DNA of 64,000 bases from Clostridia bacterium (GTDB lineage: Bacteria; Bacillota; Clostridia; Christensenellales; UBA1242), in NCBI GenBank assembly GCA_017399265.1, contig JAFQDL010000009.1, forward strand, positions 42,052 through 106,051, given 5' to 3'. Shown here piece after piece: positions 60,941 through 64,000 of this stretch (within the stretch, counting starts at the first letter, position 1; the number at the start of each line of letters is the position of its first letter). The notes beneath the pieces were generated by a model. That model saw nothing but the letters and a program-made list of their open reading frames with translations, did no database searches and had not been told where the DNA came from. The position numbers and the translations under genes were made by a program.

Positions 60941-61735
60941 ATGTTTTATATAGTAGCAACTCCTATTGGAAACCTAAAAGATATATCAATACGAGCAATA
61001 GAGACTCTAAAAAGTTGTGATTATATTTTATGTGAAGACACGCGAACAAGTCGTGTTCTTTTAAATAATTACGAAATAGATAAACCGCTTGTTTCATATC
61101 ATAAATTTAATGAAAAGGAAAAGTGTGACAAGATTTATAATGACCTAATTAATGGTAAAGATATTTGCTTAATATCTGATGCCGGCATGCCTGGGATATC
61201 CGATCCGGGTGCAGTAATCATTAATTATTTAAAAGAAAAACAGTACAACAACTATACTGTCATTCCTGGCGCAAGTGCGCTTATAAATGCTCAAGTACTT
61301 AGTGGATTTCCAGCACCATTTGTGTTTGTTGGATTTTTGCCGGAAAAAACGAAAGACAGAAAATCTATATTACAAAAAGTTGCAGACTCCACGTTTACTT
61401 CGGTTTTTTATGTGTCTCCTCATGAGATAGATAAATTTTTTAAAACGTGTTTAGATTCGTTGGGAGATAGAGAAGTCTGCGTGGCTAGAGAGATTACAAA
61501 AAAGTTTGAAGAGGTCGTTTTTACAACGCTAAAACAAGGATACACTTCAGTTGTTAAAGGCGAATTTGTATGTGTTATCAAAGGCAAAGAACAAGATGTA
61601 GCTGTGTCAGACGATGCAATTATAGCCGAGTTTCAAACTTTAATTAATACTCATTCAAATAAAGATGCTGTCGCGATAATTTGTGAAAAGTATAATTTGA
61701 AAAAAAATTATGTTTATTCGCTTTGTGTAAAATAA
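60941..61735 (+). CDS. rsmI: 16S rRNA (cytidine1402-2'-O)-methyltransferase RsmI
   Basis: 264 aa. N-terminus YIVATPIGNLKDIS.RA...L, CEDTR, SDAGMPGISDPG. Confidence 0.92.
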   Translation: MFYIVATPIGNLKDISIRAIETLKSCDYILCEDTRTSRVLLNNYEIDKPLVSYHKFNEKEKCDKIYNDLINGKDICLISDAGMPGISDPGAVIINYLKEKQYNNYTVIPGASALINAQVLSGFPAPFVFVGFLPEKTKDRKSILQKVADSTFTSVFYVSPHEIDKFFKTCLDSLGDREVCVAREITKKFEEVVFTTLKQGYTSVVKGEFVCVIKGKEQDVAVSDDAIIAEFQTLINTHSNKDAVAIICEKYNLKKNYVYSLCVK

Positions 61736-61745
61736 GAGGTATACT

Positions 61746-63089
61746 ATGCTACCAAAAGAATTTGAAGAAAATATTAGGAATTTGTTAGGGGCACAGTCGG
61801 GAGATTTTTTTGAGGCTCTTAAATATGATGCTGTAAAATCTTTAACTGTTGATTTCAACCGACTTAGAAAAGCAGATTTTGAAAGGCTATCAGAGTTGGA
61901 ATTAGAAAAAATAGAACATATAGACAACGCCTATCATTATAACGGAAAGATAGGATCATCGGTGTTATGGCACGCCGGGGTTGTTTATTCTCAAGACTCT
62001 TCAGCAATGCTGCCTGTTTTAGCATTAGATGTGCAACCAGACGATGTTGTTTTAGATGTTTGTGCGGCACCCGGAGGGAAAAGTATACAGATTTTACAAG
62101 GTCTAAATAATGAGGGTTTGCTAGTTTCTAATGAAATAGACTCTTCTAGAGTAAAGATATTATACGAAAATTTAGTAAAAACTGGTTATAACAACTTTGT
62201 CATTTCTAGCACCTTTCCTAAACAACTAGAAGCTAATAAATCCATGTTTAATAAAATACTTGTAGATGCCCCTTGCTCAGGTGAAGGAATGTTCCGAAAA
62301 GCAGGAATAGAGTCTTATCATTGGAATTTAAAAAACGTTGAGACTTGCAAAGTTAGGCAACTTGAGATATTAAACTCAATAAAAGATTTACTTAAAAATG
62401 ATGGTTTGCTTGTATATTCTACTTGCACATACAATGTAAAAGAAAATGAAGAAGTTGTTTGTGAATTTTTAAAATCTAATCCGGAATTTGAATTAATTGA
62501 TTTGCCTAAAAATGTATATGATAATACCTCAAGAGGTGTGATTGTAGATAAAAGTTTTGACACTACTAAGTGTGGCAGAAGATATCCACATTTGCACAAA
62601 GGTGAAGGTCAATTTATTGCTCTATTTAAAAAGAATTCTGCAACTAGAAACAACGATAGAGTATCAACCGCAGGATTTCAAGACTTATATAAAAGAGATA
62701 AAGAATTGATTGAAAAAACCTTAAAAGATGTTTTAGATATTAACGATATTGATTTTGTAAAAAAAGGAAATAATATATATGCGCTTCCTAAAGAAATGAT
62801 TGATTTCTCTTCTTTTAATATCCTTTGTCTTGGTTGCATGGTTGGAACAATAGAAGCTGGTCAACTAAAATTAAACCATGCTTTTTATAAAGGGTACGGA
62901 TACAGATTTTATAATAAGGTTGAACTTTCTTTAGAAGAATCTAAAACATATTTAACGGGTAATGTTCTAGATATTATAGCTAATGACGGCATATGTGCTG
63001 TTTTATATAACGGACTTGTTTTAGGTGGAGGAAAGGTATCCAAAGGTGTTTTAAAAAATTATTATCCTAAGACTTTAAGAAACAAGTAA
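61746..63089 (+). CDS. NOL1/NOP2/Sun-family rRNA cytosine-C5 methyltransferase (RsmF/RsmB-like)
   Basis: 447 aa. DVCAAPGGKS, DAPCSGEG, YSTCT motifs. Confidence 0.88.
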   Translation: MLPKEFEENIRNLLGAQSGDFFEALKYDAVKSLTVDFNRLRKADFERLSELELEKIEHIDNAYHYNGKIGSSVLWHAGVVYSQDSSAMLPVLALDVQPDDVVLDVCAAPGGKSIQILQGLNNEGLLVSNEIDSSRVKILYENLVKTGYNNFVISSTFPKQLEANKSMFNKILVDAPCSGEGMFRKAGIESYHWNLKNVETCKVRQLEILNSIKDLLKNDGLLVYSTCTYNVKENEEVVCEFLKSNPEFELIDLPKNVYDNTSRGVIVDKSFDTTKCGRRYPHLHKGEGQFIALFKKNSATRNNDRVSTAGFQDLYKRDKELIEKTLKDVLDINDIDFVKKGNNIYALPKEMIDFSSFNILCLGCMVGTIEAGQLKLNHAFYKGYGYRFYNKVELSLEESKTYLTGNVLDIIANDGICAVLYNGLVLGGGKVSKGVLKNYYPKTLRNK

Positions 63090-63123
63090 AAAGCTTTTAT
63101 GATTTAATTCATAAAAGCTTTTT

Positions 63124-64000
63124 TTATTCATATAGACCTATAAATCTGATGTTTTTTCCCTCAATATTTAGTCTAGTAACATCAACAAGCGGACCATCTG
63201 ACTCATAATTATTAGGCAGATAGTCTATATATTCTTTGTTGGAAGATATTTTGACATTCTCAGCTAGTTCGCCGTATACATTGTCGCCAACAGCACGGAA
63301 CTTAAATGGATTTCTTGTAACTAATATACTGATTTTATTATCTCCCTTAGTATTACTAATTGTGTGGCGGAACAATTTGTTGAGAGGCATGTTTCTAAAA
63401 GTTACATTTACATTACATGCGTTTTCGCAATTAATTTCCACACTGTTGTTTTCATTTACTAAAGTTATATTGCCATTTTTTTGAGTTATAATAGTTTTGA
63501 TTTCTGTAGATTCTTCACTCTTGCTGTGTCCAGTAAAATTACCTGTGTTGGTAGTGATATAAGCATTTTTATAGTATTCGCTTATGCTAATGTCTCCTGA
63601 GTCAGTAGTTGTTTGTACATCTGACCAAGCCTTATTTATAGATATTCCACCAGCTGCTGAATATGCAATTATATTGCCAAAAGCATTGTCTATTCTTGTA
63701 TTGCCTTCGTTTGTAGATGTGTGTATGTTGCAATAAGCATTTGTTATAGTTATATTGCTTTCCTCAGTGACGAATGATGCATTGCCGCTTCCTTCGATTG
63801 TTCCTATTGTAATAACACCTTTTCTGCTATTTATTTTGATAGAGTTTTCTTCGTTTGAGATATTAGATGCAGAGAATTCTAAATCGGTTGAATCTATTGT
63901 AATTTTTCCGCTCAAATTCTTTAAGTTTAATTTTAGTTTTGATGCCTTTATTAATAACTGATCGTGTATATCTATATTCTCAAAACAACTTAAATCAACA
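63124..64000 (-). CDS. Repetitive beta-strand (DUF4097/adhesin-like) protein; N-terminus lies beyond window end
   Basis: I translated upstream of the TTG at 63915 and the frame stays open to position 64000. Repeated G.I.I...N patterns. A bidirectional terminator lies at 63095-63122. Confidence 0.55.
   Translation of the reverse strand, partial: VDLSCFENIDIHDQLLIKASKLKLNLKNLSGKITIDSTDLEFSASNISNEENSIKINSRKGVITIGTIEGSGNASFVTEESNITITNAYCNIHTSTNEGNTRIDNAFGNIIAYSAAGGISINKAWSDVQTTTDSGDISISEYYKNAYITTNTGNFTGHSKSEESTEIKTIITQKNGNITLVNENNSVEINCENACNVNVTFRNMPLNKLFRHTISNTKGDNKISILVTRNPFKFRAVGDNVYGELAENVKISSNKEYIDYLPNNYESDGPLVDVTRLNIEGKNIRFIGLYE

Overview
AT-rich (roughly 30% GC by eye), densely coded window from a Bacillota-like chromosome using the standard code (TGA acts as a stop). 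It covers the replication-origin neighbourhood. Left arm, mostly minus strand: addA (partial), addB, a small alarmone synthetase, htrA-like protease, lepB, trxA, ileS with a T-box leader, trpS, gyrA and gyrB. Right arm, all plus strand: recF, dnaA, dnaN, mnmE, mnmG, rsmG, three parS sites, parA, parB, helD, holB, ricT/yaaT, trmN6-like, rsmI and an rsmF-like gene. A DnaA-box cluster plus an AT tract sits in the dnaA-dnaN spacer. No rRNA, CRISPR array, transposase or integrase was seen. The most unusual signal is at the only three tRNA genes in the window, Arg-UCG, Lys-CUU and Leu-CAA. Each is flanked by tandem, GC-rich, hairpin-forming repeat units that re-copy the exact 5' or 3' terminus of the adjacent tRNA. 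Both 3'-side arrays break at exactly U55|C56 and share a 25-nt hairpin core with a compensatory base-pair change. Other notable items: an NrtR-like/P-loop kinase/double dCTP-deaminase-like operon; three tandem ankyrin-like paralogs between gyrB and recF; a 1.28-kb ORF-free, extremely AT-rich block between dnaN and mnmE; a recurring inverted DnaA-box-like operator; and an orphan VirB4-like ATPase after parB. All functional calls come from motif recognition in the supplied translations and were not checked against databases.
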